DNA from: a virus
Taxonomy: Duplodnaviria; Caudoviricetes
Virus record (IMG/VR): IMGVR_UViG_3300023218_000202
Span: 3,833-67,832 of that record
Length of the DNA: 64,000 nt
Direction: 5' to 3' (one strand)
The translations under genes were made by a program, and so were the position numbers. The notes below the pieces were generated by a model that did not search any database, had not been told where the DNA came from, and worked only from the letters and a program-made list of their open reading frames with translations. Shown here piece by piece: positions 55,129-64,000 of this stretch (its first letter is position 1; each line of letters opens with the position of its first letter).

Positions 55129-56595
55129 TCAGCAGAGGCCCATCGATTCGAGTCTCTTGAGGTTGTGCTCGTAGCGGGGGTCGACCTGGGAGACGTCTTG
55201 GATCTCGGGCAGCTCGAAGTGGGCCTCGAGGTATTCGAGCCCTTCCTTGTTCTCATGGACGGTGTACTCGGCGCCGTTGCCGGAGATGGTGATCTCCAGG
55301 CCGCGGGTCACGCGCACGAAGCGGATGGTCTGCTTCTCGCCCTGCTTGGTGACGGCGCGCTCGAAGTCGGCCGTGTTGACGTTGGTGTGCACGTCGATCT
55401 TGTAGTGGACCCCGGCCACGAAGCCGCGCGCCGGGTCGTCCTGGACGCACTTCACCCGCTCCAGGTTGTCGAGGTAGCCCAGCCGTTGGTGCGGCTTGAG
55501 CGGGCGCAGCGGGGCGAGCTCGGCGGTGTTGACGGTCTCGGCCGCCTCTTCCAGAACGGCGGCCGCCCGCGGCGAGATGGTCAGGATCCGGCCCACTTCC
55601 TCGCTCTGCAGCAGCCGGCGCACCTTGGGGTTGGCCACCAGGTAGGACTTGTTGGTGCGCCCCAGGTTGAGCACGCTGAGCGCGTCGGGCTCGTCGAGCG
55701 CGTCCATCAGGCGGTACTTCTCGTAGGGCGTGGGCTTGACGCTCAGGTTGCGGCCGCGCACGTCGATCGAGAACGGCGCGTCGTCCTCCCGCTCGCGGCG
55801 GTATTGCTGGTACGCCGCCCGGGCGCGCTCGACCATCTCGGCGCGCTGCTCGTCGTCCAGGGTGAGGTCGCGGTGGCGGTAGGTGAGCGCAGGCCACTGA
55901 GCCAGCTTCTCTTCGAGCAGGCGGTAGCCGTCGGGCTGGGCCAGGTCGAAGGTGCCCAGCTGGATCGGGTCGATGTCCCGGTAGGCCGCGAAGAACCCCA
56001 GGATGACCACGACCTCCGTACCGGGGAAGACGTTGCGGAGTTGGGCGATCGCCTCGAACTTGCGCTGCAGCTTCGGCTTGAACCGATCCCACTGGTTGAT
56101 CGACATGAGCATGTAGCCGTTGGCGTGCCAATTCAGCGCCATGCGCAGGCAGGCCTCCTGCGCGTCGATCTTGCCCCACGGCGTCTGCCAGCGTAGGCCG
56201 TAGGGCGGGTTCATGGCCACGCAGTCGGCGCGGAAGTTCATGGCCGCGAGGTACGGCTGGAAGGCCGGCAGGTCCACGTTGAACTTGTGCATCCCCTCGT
56301 GCTTGAGGATGCGCTTGAGCGCCTGGGCGTCGATGTCGAAGGCCAGGCGGTAGGGCGAGCTGTAGGGCCGCAGCATGTGGCCGGCGCCGGCGGTGGGGTC
56401 CACCACGATGGCCGGATCGTCCGGCAGCCGGCGGGCCAGCAGCTCGGCCAGCTTGGGCGGCGTGAAGTATTGCTGCAGGCCGAAACGCTTGGAATCCTTG
56501 TGCGCCAGCAGGTCCTCGCGCTGGCCGCGGAAGTCCTCGGCTTGCAGTGTGGAGCGCTTCTGGTTGCGCACCGGGGACACTTCCTTCGATCGCAT
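55129..56595 (-). CDS. N6-adenine DNA methyltransferase with C-terminal extension
   Basis: QQYFTP, VDPTAGAG and NPPY motifs. Confidence 0.85.
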   Translation of the reverse strand: MRSKEVSPVRNQKRSTLQAEDFRGQREDLLAHKDSKRFGLQQYFTPPKLAELLARRLPDDPAIVVDPTAGAGHMLRPYSSPYRLAFDIDAQALKRILKHEGMHKFNVDLPAFQPYLAAMNFRADCVAMNPPYGLRWQTPWGKIDAQEACLRMALNWHANGYMLMSINQWDRFKPKLQRKFEAIAQLRNVFPGTEVVVILGFFAAYRDIDPIQLGTFDLAQPDGYRLLEEKLAQWPALTYRHRDLTLDDEQRAEMVERARAAYQQYRREREDDAPFSIDVRGRNLSVKPTPYEKYRLMDALDEPDALSVLNLGRTNKSYLVANPKVRRLLQSEEVGRILTISPRAAAVLEEAAETVNTAELAPLRPLKPHQRLGYLDNLERVKCVQDDPARGFVAGVHYKIDVHTNVNTADFERAVTKQGEKQTIRFVRVTRGLEITISGNGAEYTVHENKEGLEYLEAHFELPEIQDVSQVDPRYEHNLKRLESMGLC

Positions 56596-56701
56596 GGTCG
56601 CCTCCTTTGGGAAAACCCGCGCGCGCCCCCTACGAGGCGGAGCCTCGGAAAGAGACCTCGCAGAGGGGCACACGGGTACAGCTTGCCAGCGGACGTCCGG
56701 A

Positions 56702-57598
56702 TCAGTTGGGAGACGGCTCCGGGGCGTCCCCGCCAGCGATCATGGGTTTGGCTTTGCCGAGCGCGTAGTCGCACACGGCCCGGCTGAGCTTGACGCCCGA
56801 GATTCCGCCCACGCGGTGGGTGGTGACCTCGGTGAAGGCGTTGAGCAGTCCCCATTCGTTGCGGGGCTGGTCACGGAGTGAAGCCAGCACCGCGGCCGTG
56901 TTCGATTGGGGCCAGGCCGGAGACGCCTTGCTCAGGTCGTGGAACCAGGTCAGCACGCGGTCGAGGTCGATCTCGCGCCCCTGCATCGCTTCGATGTAGG
57001 GCAGGAACTCGACGAAGCGCTCGCTGCCCGCGCGCAGTTCCTCCAGGGCGTCGGCCATCAGCACGTCGGTGCTGCCGTTGACGTGCTTGAAGCGGAAGCT
57101 GCCCAGCAGGTTGCCGATGTGGAACTGGTTCTCGCACTGGAGGTGGCAGGCGAAGAACTCGATCCCGAAGGCCGTGGAGCCGTCGTAGGAGTTGGTGGCC
57201 TGCACGCCCAGCGAGACGCGCGAGTTGCCCACGCCGAAGTCGACCTCGGGGACGAGGTAGCGCTCCAGGTAGCGCTTGCCGGTCCAGACGATGTTGATCG
57301 GCCGCACCTCGCCCAGCCCCGAGCGCGTCAGCAGGTCCTTCACGGTCTGGTGCACGTACTCGTTGGGGATAAGCCGGTAGTCCGCGCTGTGCTCGGCCAC
57401 GAAGATCGGGGCCGGCTCGGGCGCCTCCGGGGCCGGCGCCGGGGGCTGGAGCATGATGGCCACGCGGTCGATCTTCTCCCCGCGCACCTCCATCTGCTCG
57501 GCGAACACCTCGGCGAAGGGGTCGTCCACCTGCTTGGGGATCTTGCCGACGGCCTCGACGCCGATGTCCACCGGTCGTTCGTTGACGGTGATGTTCAT
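56702..57598 (-). CDS. DUF932-family protein
   Basis: Y.LIPN...NSYDGST......C.NQ...FKH motifs. Confidence 0.75.
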   Translation of the reverse strand: MNITVNERPVDIGVEAVGKIPKQVDDPFAEVFAEQMEVRGEKIDRVAIMLQPPAPAPEAPEPAPIFVAEHSADYRLIPNEYVHQTVKDLLTRSGLGEVRPINIVWTGKRYLERYLVPEVDFGVGNSRVSLGVQATNSYDGSTAFGIEFFACHLQCENQFHIGNLLGSFRFKHVNGSTDVLMADALEELRAGSERFVEFLPYIEAMQGREIDLDRVLTWFHDLSKASPAWPQSNTAAVLASLRDQPRNEWGLLNAFTEVTTHRVGGISGVKLSRAVCDYALGKAKPMIAGGDAPEPSPN

Positions 57599-57716
57599 GG
57601 TGCTCCTTTCTGAAAGCGGAGTGGGTCGGACGGCTCGCTCCCGAAACCGTCCGACCCGGCTCCACACGCTTGACCCCACAGAGAGAACGTGTCTGAAGAT
57701 TTGGGAGCGAATCACA

Positions 57717-58514
57717 TTAGGCCGCTTGGTTGACCGCTTGCAGCGTGTCCTTCAGCTTCGAGCCGAAGGCGTCCTTGCGCATCTCCTCGACGAGCTGGGC
57801 GTAGTGGCTCAGCTTCAGCTCGCTGCCGTAGGTGGCGTTGGCGTACTGGCCCACCTCCTTGACGGGGATGCCCCACTCGCCGGCGAGCCGACTGATCTCC
57901 TTTTTCAGCACGCGCTCGAGGGCGTCGGAGCCGCTTTCCTGGATCCACTGCGTGAACAACTCCGCGTCTTGGATGATCGAGACGGAACTCAGCACGCGCG
58001 TGTCCTGCTTGGAATCGTCCAGCGTGATTCGCGCCAAGCCGAGGTTGAACTCCACCGCGGCGTGCAGCGCCGAGCGGCGGTCCATCGTGTCGGCCGGCGG
58101 CCCGGACGCGGGCTTGCCGGCCGGCGCGCTCCCGCCGTTGGAGGCGGGCTGCCTGGCGGCGCCGTTGCCGTTGGATTGTGCGGGAGCGGTGTTGTCGTCA
58201 TCGCCGTCCCACTTCAGGCCGAAGGGCACCTCCTGGCCGTTGATGAACCAGTAGTGCGCCTTCTCACCCGACTTCATGCGCTTCTGGACGGTGACGACCT
58301 CGTCCCGGTTGCAGTTGTCGCGGATCCAGACCGCGCATCGCTCGGGCAGGAACCAGGTCTTCTCGACCTCGTCCCCGTCCTCTTGGACGTGGATGATCCC
58401 GAGCAGGAAATACTGGCCGTGAGCGTTCTCGCCCGATTTGGCCTCGGTGAACTTGAGGCGGACCGTCTCCTCGATGTTGGGATCGGGATCGAACTTCGGT
58501 CGCTTCTCAGCCAT
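57717..58514 (-). CDS. Putative ssDNA-binding/OB-like protein
   Basis: Beta-rich N-terminus (SGENAHGQYFLL...KTWF), flexible linker; next to DUF932. Confidence 0.55.
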   Translation of the reverse strand: MAEKRPKFDPDPNIEETVRLKFTEAKSGENAHGQYFLLGIIHVQEDGDEVEKTWFLPERCAVWIRDNCNRDEVVTVQKRMKSGEKAHYWFINGQEVPFGLKWDGDDDNTAPAQSNGNGAARQPASNGGSAPAGKPASGPPADTMDRRSALHAAVEFNLGLARITLDDSKQDTRVLSSVSIIQDAELFTQWIQESGSDALERVLKKEISRLAGEWGIPVKEVGQYANATYGSELKLSHYAQLVEEMRKDAFGSKLKDTLQAVNQAA

Positions 58515-58773
58515 CGTGGTCACCTCCTTTTGAGAATTGGCCGACGATCGCCCTGAGGGCGTCGGCCAGCTTGTCGGTCTCGGCCACGGGGAACGCCCCG
58601 TGCTTGCGCACGAAGTCGTAGTGGTCCAGTGCCTCCTTGACCTCGCCCCAGTCGATCTGGCGGTCGTCGACCAGGAGCAAGTCGGTCTGGAAGCGCACGT
58701 CGTCGATCTCGTGGTCGCACTGCGGGCAGTGGACGGGCACGAAGGTATCGGGGCTGACGGGCTTCGGGTTCAC
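58507..58773 (-). CDS. Small hypothetical protein
   Basis: SD AAAGGAGGGG; CPQC. Confidence 0.6.
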   Translation of the reverse strand: MNPKPVSPDTFVPVHCPQCDHEIDDVRFQTDLLLVDDRQIDWGEVKEALDHYDFVRKHGAFPVAETDKLADALRAIVGQFSKGGDHDG

Positions 58774-58849
58774 GCCCCCTCCTTTCCGTGGCGGCTCGCT
58801 TGGCCGCCGCCTACGGTTCTTATGTTGACACGAAACGATGAATAAGGAA

Positions 58850-59137
58850 TCAGGCGGATTCGTCGATCTGGGCCAGCAGGCTCAACGCTTCTTGGACGAG
58901 GGGATCGTCGTCGCCCGTGAGCGCGCGATCGGCAAGCTGGTACGCGAGGTCGTGGAGCTTGGGCGCGGCGTGGAAGAGCGCGGCGAAGCGGCGCTGGCGG
59001 CGGCGGATGCGCCCGGCCCCGAGCGGGAGTGTTGCGACGACGCGGCCCGGGCGGCGGCCCGCAGGCGCCACGACGGACAGCTCAGCGCGGTTCGCGTGGT
59101 GGCGCAGATAAAGCGGGCCCAGCTCTTGGGTGGACAT
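58850..59137 (-). CDS. Small hypothetical protein
   Basis: SD GGAGGTGAG upstream. Confidence 0.6.
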   Translation of the reverse strand: MSTQELGPLYLRHHANRAELSVVAPAGRRPGRVVATLPLGAGRIRRRQRRFAALFHAAPKLHDLAYQLADRALTGDDDPLVQEALSLLAQIDESA

Positions 59138-59138
59138 T

Positions 59139-59378
59139 TCAAGCGCTCACCTCCCGGCTGTCGTGTAGCTCCGTCCCGGCGCGGTTGGCCACGAAGCGGC
59201 GGAAGTCCTCGATCAGGCCGCGGTTGTAGATGTAGCCGAGCGCGGTCTGGAAGCAGGTGTCGCTGCTCCAGTGGAGCCCGCGCCCGCGGCTTTCCTCGAC
59301 CAGGATCTCGTAGGGGTAACTCGAGCGGCTCCTCGGCTTGCAGTCGGTGATGCGCTGGGCTTCGGCCAGTGTGGTCAT
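59139..59378 (-). CDS. Small hypothetical protein
   Basis: SD AAGGAGGTG. Confidence 0.65.
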   Translation of the reverse strand: MTTLAEAQRITDCKPRSRSSYPYEILVEESRGRGLHWSSDTCFQTALGYIYNRGLIEDFRRFVANRAGTELHDSREVSA

Positions 59379-59461
59379 AGGGCACCTCCTTCAATGAAAT
59401 TCTGCCCGGCGGTTTGCCCGGGCAGATTCTTACGGGGATCAGCTATAGGCGGATGGGTGGC

Positions 59462-59797
59462 TCAGTCACCCCACGGCAGCTCGCGCCAGTGGCTCATGAC
59501 GTCGTGCTCGACATCGGCAGGCACGAACTCGGTCGGGCCCGGCGGCTCGATCGAGAGGTGGTTGCGCTGGACCGCCTTGGTCAGCACCCAAAAGCGCGGG
59601 TCGTAAACGGAGAGAGTCGTGCTCCGCTCCTCGACGTAACGCTACTTGAAGAAGTGGTAATGGGCGACCACGTAGTGCGAGAACAGATCCGTTCGATAGA
59701 CGCGGTGGCACTTGCGCCAGCCCTGGTCGTAGACGAGGCAGATTGTGCCCTCAACCGGGCGTGTCCACTTCGACTTCGGCTCCGTTGCCGTTGGCAT
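59462..59797 (-). pseudogene. Small gene interrupted by an in-frame TAG
   Basis: MPTATE...HYHFFK-TAG(59642-59644)-RYVEERS...ELPWGD-TGA continues in the same frame. Confidence 0.55.
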
Positions 59798-60311
59798 GAG
59801 ATTCCCCCTCGTAATCCTCGATGCGATAGCCGAACGCGCGGAAGAGCAGCTGGGCCAGCCGATGGCGCCGCCGGCCGTGGCCGAGGTCCACGTCGGGGTC
59901 ATTGGCCAGCTCGGCCAGGAACTTGCCGATCTCCGGCAGCTCCGCGATCGCGTCGGCGATCGCTGCGCTGTAGGCCTGCGCCACGGGGTAGCCCTGGTCG
60001 GGCACGTCGGTCCCGCGGTTGGCCGTCTCGACCAGCGCGAAGCCGGTGTCCCAATCGAAACCGCGCGCCACCCACGGGCCGTCGGGCAGAAAGGCGCGGT
60101 CGAGCCTCAGGCTGCGCTCGGCTTGGACGCGGACTTTGGTCACCTGGGTGTCCTCGAGCTCGCGCCTCATCGGGACGAGCAGGTGCGTGTTCTCGGAGAG
60201 GGTATCTTCCATCGCTTGGCGGAAGGCCTCGACGCTCCTGACATGGAGGTGGTCATCGTCGTCGGTTGCAAGCGTCGTCGTTACGATGAAGGTTAGGCGG
60301 GGGGCAAGCAT
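59751..60311 (-). CDS. Hypothetical protein
   Basis: SD AAAGGAGGAG. Confidence 0.65.
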   Translation of the reverse strand: MLAPRLTFIVTTTLATDDDDHLHVRSVEAFRQAMEDTLSENTHLLVPMRRELEDTQVTKVRVQAERSLRLDRAFLPDGPWVARGFDWDTGFALVETANRGTDVPDQGYPVAQAYSAAIADAIAELPEIGKFLAELANDPDVDLGHGRRRHRLAQLLFRAFGYRIEDYEGESHANGNGAEVEVDTPG

Positions 60312-60676
60312 CGCTCCTCCTTTCGGTTCGTCCCGCTCCATTCCCAAAGTGGGACGGTCAGTTGATACGGCTCGCCGCCGCCGGCTCGGGGCAGATCGCG
60401 CCAGCGCCAGAACCAGAGCGTCACGGTCTCGTCGGTGGGGGTGAGCTGATCGGCGGGCGTGGAGATCGTGCCCGGGCCGCCGCTGCAGCTCACGTACTCG
60501 TCGGGGTCCTTGCCCGTTGGGCCGCCTCGGAAAGCGCCGATGACGTTGAAGATGATCGAGAAGTCGTCGTGCGGTACGCCGACGAGCCCTTCGAGGATGC
60601 CGATCTTGCCGGGCTTGAGGATGGACCAGGGCGCAGTCAGGCGCACGGCGTGGCCGGGCAGGGGGTGCGTGCTCAT
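60293..60676 (-). CDS. Hypothetical protein
   Basis: SD GAAGGAGG. Confidence 0.65.
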   Translation of the reverse strand: MSTHPLPGHAVRLTAPWSILKPGKIGILEGLVGVPHDDFSIIFNVIGAFRGGPTGKDPDEYVSCSGGPGTISTPADQLTPTDETVTLWFWRWRDLPRAGGGEPYQLTVPLWEWSGTNRKEERCLPPA

Positions 60677-60834
60677 GCTTCCTCCTTCTCCGGCTTGACC
60701 CGAGTGTGGATGACCTCGCCCTCGATCACGAAGACTGGACAGCCATAGAAATTCGCTTCCGCCTGCAGATTCTGGGGTCGGTCGAACTTGATGTCGAGGA
60801 TCTGGTTGGTGTCGTCGTTCAGGATGTAGTACAT
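60673..60834 (-). CDS. Small hypothetical protein
   Basis: SD GAGGAGG; MYYILNDDTNQ...; ATGA coupling. Confidence 0.6.
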   Translation of the reverse strand: MYYILNDDTNQILDIKFDRPQNLQAEANFYGCPVFVIEGEVIHTRVKPEKEEA

Positions 60835-60893
60835 CGGTCCTCCTCTTCGGTTATGGGGCGACTTCGTCCGAAATGCCGCCCCAACGGTCCTTC

Positions 60894-61208
60894 CTAGTCG
60901 GTGTCCTCGACCGCGAGGGACACCGATTCGACCACCTCGAACTCGTCCGGCTTAACCCCGATCTTGCGGCCACCGGGGAGCAGGGCGGTTACGGCGCCGA
61001 GGCGGTTGATCTCGACGGGGTACTCGTTGCCCTCGACCGCGGCCATCCATTCGTCGTGGATCTGATAGGCCGGCACGCCGGGGATCGTGTCGGGCGTGAC
61101 CGTGGTGAGCATCCGGATCCGCTTCGGAATCCGGCCGCCCCAGGCGCGAATGCCTTGGGGCAGCAGATCGGGGGCCTTCAGCTTGCGGGCGTTGGGGTTG
61201 ATGCTCAT
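60894..61208 (-). CDS. Hypothetical protein
   Basis: 104-aa ORF starting 10 nt from the IS left end. Confidence 0.6.
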   Translation of the reverse strand: MSINPNARKLKAPDLLPQGIRAWGGRIPKRIRMLTTVTPDTIPGVPAYQIHDEWMAAVEGNEYPVEINRLGAVTALLPGGRKIGVKPDEFEVVESVSLAVEDTD

Positions 61209-61288
61209 CGTAATCGGCCAAGGAGACCTGCCCCGTTCAGGGGGCAGGAGGAATTGGCCGCGACCCGAGAGGGTCTAAGCCGTTGGCC

Positions 61289-61317
61289 TTGCACCACCTT
61301 TCCTATATGAGTATACT
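61289..61317 (+). promoter_or_regulatory. tnpB promoter
   Basis: TTGCAC-17-TATACT. Confidence 0.7.
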
Positions 61318-61327
61318 TGGGGTTGAT

Positions 61328-62515
61328 ATGGCAGAGATCAAGAAGACGCTGAAGGTTAAGCTCAAGCCTGACAGTAAAGCCAAGCACGCCTTTGGAGATA
61401 CCATGCGCTTGTTCTCCGAGGCGTGCAACTACATCTCTGCCGTAGCCCACCGCGAACGTTGCTGGAACAAGGTGGCGCTTCACCACCTCGTCTATTACCC
61501 GACCCGTGAGAAGTTCGGCTTGCCCGCCCAACTTGCGTGCTGTGCGCGCGACAAAGTGGCTGAGGCGTACCGTGCCTCTAAGACCAAGCGCAAGAGGGAG
61601 TTTGGGCGCTACACACCCGTTCGGCTCGACGCCCGTACCTTTGCCATCACCAAGGACGGCAAGGCGTCCGTGACCACCGTCCAGGGGCGTGTGCGCGTCG
61701 AGATGGCCTTGGGTAAGTGGCAGCGCCACATTCTCGACGGCTGGCAAGTCAACGGCGCGGCTGAACTCGTCTACCACAAGCAGACCAAGACGTGGTATCT
61801 GCACATCGTGGTCCGACGCGAGCAAGACCCGCCCGCACCAACAGGCCGCACGGTCGGCGTGGACATCGGTATGGTCAACCTTGCCACGTCCAGCATCGGA
61901 CACAAGTTCTCGGGCAAGCAAGCCCAGCACATCCGCCGCCACCATCGGCAGATCCGCGCTGCGATCCAGTCCAAAGGCACCCCGTCCGCACGCCGGGCGT
62001 TGAGACGGCTTCAGGGCAAGGAGCGCAGACAGATGGCGGCGATCAACCACACGATCAGCAGGCGTATCGTGGACGGACTCACCCCCGGCGACACCCTTGT
62101 GCTGGAGAAGCTGACCCACATACGCCAGCGCGCGAAGCAGCGGCGCAAACAACGCGCCGACTTCCACTCGTGGGCCTTCGGTCAGCTTCAACAGTTTCTC
62201 GACTACAAGGCAACCCACAAGGGCTGCACGGTGGTCTATGTGGACCCGCGCTACACCTCGCAGGACTGCTCCCGCTGTGGTGAGCGCGGTTCTCGCCAGG
62301 GGCATCGCTTTGCTTGTCCGCATTGTGGTCACTCCAATAACGCTGATTTCAACGCCTGCTACAACCTTATCCGCCGAGCGAGTTTGGCGTCGTCGGATGG
62401 GCCATCGTCAACTGGCCTTGAAGTAACGCCCGAGGTTGCAAAGCCCCGCTCGGGGAACTGCGCAACCGCCCGAGGGCAGTTACAAGCCCGTCCCCTTCAG
62501 GGGGCGGGTCGTTGA
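61328..62515 (+). CDS. tnpB: TnpB RNA-guided endonuclease
   Basis: RuvC VGVDIG, VLEKL and NADFNA; Zn finger CSRC/CPHC. Confidence 0.93.
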   Translation: MAEIKKTLKVKLKPDSKAKHAFGDTMRLFSEACNYISAVAHRERCWNKVALHHLVYYPTREKFGLPAQLACCARDKVAEAYRASKTKRKREFGRYTPVRLDARTFAITKDGKASVTTVQGRVRVEMALGKWQRHILDGWQVNGAAELVYHKQTKTWYLHIVVRREQDPPAPTGRTVGVDIGMVNLATSSIGHKFSGKQAQHIRRHHRQIRAAIQSKGTPSARRALRRLQGKERRQMAAINHTISRRIVDGLTPGDTLVLEKLTHIRQRAKQRRKQRADFHSWAFGQLQQFLDYKATHKGCTVVYVDPRYTSQDCSRCGERGSRQGHRFACPHCGHSNNADFNACYNLIRRASLASSDGPSSTGLEVTPEVAKPRSGNCATARGQLQARPLQGAGR

Positions 62516-62566
62516 CTGTGTCTCCTTAATTCCAGCTATCTGTCCCGTTCGGGGGTGGCTTGACCG

Positions 62567-62962
62567 TCACCCTCTTTGCAGCGCGTCTATCTCGCCTGCA
62601 ACTTGTTTCCAGTCCCCGTTGAATCTGACCGCCCTGTCGTCCACGTAGGCTATCGCTGGCAGTTTGCGATTTGTCACGCCCAATACGCCTCGCTTGTTCC
62701 AAAACACGACATCATCAGGGACAATTTGCACGGAGAATGGACGTTCTCTGCCGTCGCCGCCAAACTGTGCCCGAAACCAGTCTACGATCTGTTGGGGATC
62801 GCGTGTGGAATGGATGAAAACAGAGTAGTCGCGCTTCCAGATCAACACATCTAAGAACTCGATTGCTCCGTCGAAGGGGGGATCGTAGATCGTTCCGTCT
62901 TGCCACCCTTTGCTGTATTTGTGGATCACGCCATCGAAATCAACTGCAACGGTAAGCGCCAT
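62567..62962 (-). CDS. HAD-superfamily phosphatase
   Basis: VAVDFDGVIH (DxD) and YVDDRA motifs. Confidence 0.85.
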   Translation of the reverse strand: MALTVAVDFDGVIHKYSKGWQDGTIYDPPFDGAIEFLDVLIWKRDYSVFIHSTRDPQQIVDWFRAQFGGDGRERPFSVQIVPDDVVFWNKRGVLGVTNRKLPAIAYVDDRAVRFNGDWKQVAGEIDALQRG

Positions 62963-63008
62963 TCTGTCCTCCTTATACAAGATATTTCATGATGATTTAG
63001 TCTATTGG

Positions 63009-63509
63009 TTACCAATCGGCGCTAGTCGCATCGACCGTATCGCTGTTGGCCTCCAGCGAGGTCGAGCAGTATTCGGCCTCGTCTTCTGCCGCCTCAATCG
63101 CATCCGCGACTTGCAACATCGCCCGCGCCACAAGTCTTGCCATCTCTGGCGGAAGGGGGACGAAGTGCATTGTTGTAGCGCTCACTCCTGCGTCCACGTA
63201 GTGCAGCTCAACCAAGTCGAGCCCGTCTGCATCGGGCGCGACATCGACATGGTGGCCAGAGTCGTCATCAAAAACCCTGATGAGCGTTTTAGTTGTGTAA
63301 CTCATCGCTCCTCCTTTGCGTTCTCGTTCTCCAGGCAGGCGGCGTGGACGAACAGCTTCCGGTTGGTCTTTCGGCTCAGGCGTTCGTAGTAGCGCGCGTC
63401 GTAGCCGATCGGTTTCTTGAGCCGGACCAGGCGGCGGCGCTTGAGGGGGCGGGATGGATTCAAGGACCGCCTGTTCTGGTGTTGATGGGATGGTGTTATC
63501 GTCGGCCAC
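63009..63509 (-). CDS. Hypothetical protein (alternative start at 63305)
   Basis: Strong SD AAAGGAGGAG before the internal ATG 63305. Confidence 0.55.
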   Translation of the reverse strand: MADDNTIPSTPEQAVLESIPPPQAPPPGPAQETDRLRRALLRTPEPKDQPEAVRPRRLPGERERKGGAMSYTTKTLIRVFDDDSGHHVDVAPDADGLDLVELHYVDAGVSATTMHFVPLPPEMARLVARAMLQVADAIEAAEDEAEYCSTSLEANSDTVDATSADW

Positions 63510-63513
63510 TCAG

Positions 63514-63822
63514 TCAGCCTCTTCGATCAGGTCGGCTGCGTTGTCCGCGTTGAGCCGATGCGCAGAGCAGCGTGCGCGCCGTGAACTGCGACCTGAGGCC
63601 CCAGCGCGCGGGCTCGTCAGCGCTAGCGGGCTTGATCCATCCGCTCGCGCCGCGCGCCCATTCCGGTGCGCCCGCAGCGAGGAGCGCGTCCACGACGGCC
63701 TGATCGTCCTCGGGGGAGCCGTCGTGCTCGCGGCCCAGCAGCTCCCGAATCTCGCTGAACGCGACCGTGATGGTCTCGTAGGACTGCCCGTCCCTCTCTG
63801 TGTAGTCGTATTGGAACTGCAT
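63514..63822 (-). CDS. Hypothetical protein
   Basis: SD AAGGAGG. Confidence 0.65.
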   Translation of the reverse strand: MQFQYDYTERDGQSYETITVAFSEIRELLGREHDGSPEDDQAVVDALLAAGAPEWARGASGWIKPASADEPARWGLRSQFTARTLLCASAQRGQRSRPDRRG

Positions 63823-63856
63823 TGTTTCCTCCTTTTGTCTTAGGCTCGCCGGTCGC

Positions 63857-63885
63857 GGGGGCGCGCGTGGAATTTGCGCGCCCCC
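63857..63885. other. 10-bp GC hairpin upstream of the leftward cluster
   Basis: gggggcgcgc-9 nt-gcgcgccccc. Confidence 0.55.
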
Positions 63886-64000
63886 ATGGTCGCTTCGTCC
63901 TCTAGGCGCGGGTCGCGGCCTGATGCGCTATCTCGGCAGCGCGGGATTCGGAAAGCGCCGCCCCCCAATACACCACTGCCAGCGCGGCGCTCTCGGGACC

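Larger units (their letters stand above)
61219..62516 (+). mobile_element. IS200/IS605-family element, tnpB only (IS1341-like)
   Basis: LE caaggagacctgccccgttcagggggcagg hairpin after TCGGC; RE ccccttcagggggcgggtcgttgac; no tnpA. Confidence 0.9.

Noticed and set aside
62541-62563. Degenerate IS right-end-like hairpin (tcccgttcgggggtggcttgac)
   Set aside because: Too short and diverged to call a third element without a search.
1-64000. CRISPR array, tRNA genes, DGR/retron reverse transcriptase, integrase
   Set aside because: No repeat-spacer periodicity, cloverleaf with T-loop, YxDD RT motif or recombinase catalytic motif was found by eye.
1-64000. Genome-wide TAG recoding
   Set aside because: terL, rusA and many late genes end in TAG just before the next gene; only one internal TAG was seen.

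Overview
The window is about 64 kb of a GC-rich tailed-phage genome (Caudoviricetes-like), possibly near-complete. No host housekeeping genes are visible. Layout: a leftward early/accessory cluster (133-4799) with exported DNA-binding and nuclease genes and two SLOG proteins; a hairpin-rich noncoding strand switch (4800-5820); rightward accessory genes (NTase, metallophosphoesterase, secreted trypsin-like protease) with one leftward HNH; an XRE regulator and a ParA + RHH partition pair, with no integrase seen, suggesting a plasmid prophage; a rep gene with iterons, a DnaC-like loader and RusA; then terminase, portal, MuF, membrane/lysis genes, protease/scaffold, decoration protein, Mu gpT-like capsid, adaptors and fibres (18968-51174); and a second leftward early cluster (SNF2 helicase, PAPS-reductase-like protein, adenine MTase, DUF932, HAD phosphatase) interrupted by a tnpB-only IS200/IS605 element. 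The most unusual observations are: (i) an N-terminal leader motif (RE...RxWxPG) shared by four otherwise unrelated proteins, a candidate capsid-cargo tag; (ii) a portal fused to a second terminase-type RNase H domain; (iii) a 38-bp mini-IS whose precise removal fuses two ORFs; (iv) an approximately 80-aa helical domain repeated across head proteins; (v) a ComEA-like + OB-fold + thermonuclease surface module; (vi) structured RNA candidates. All family assignments come from recognising motifs by eye and were not run against databases.
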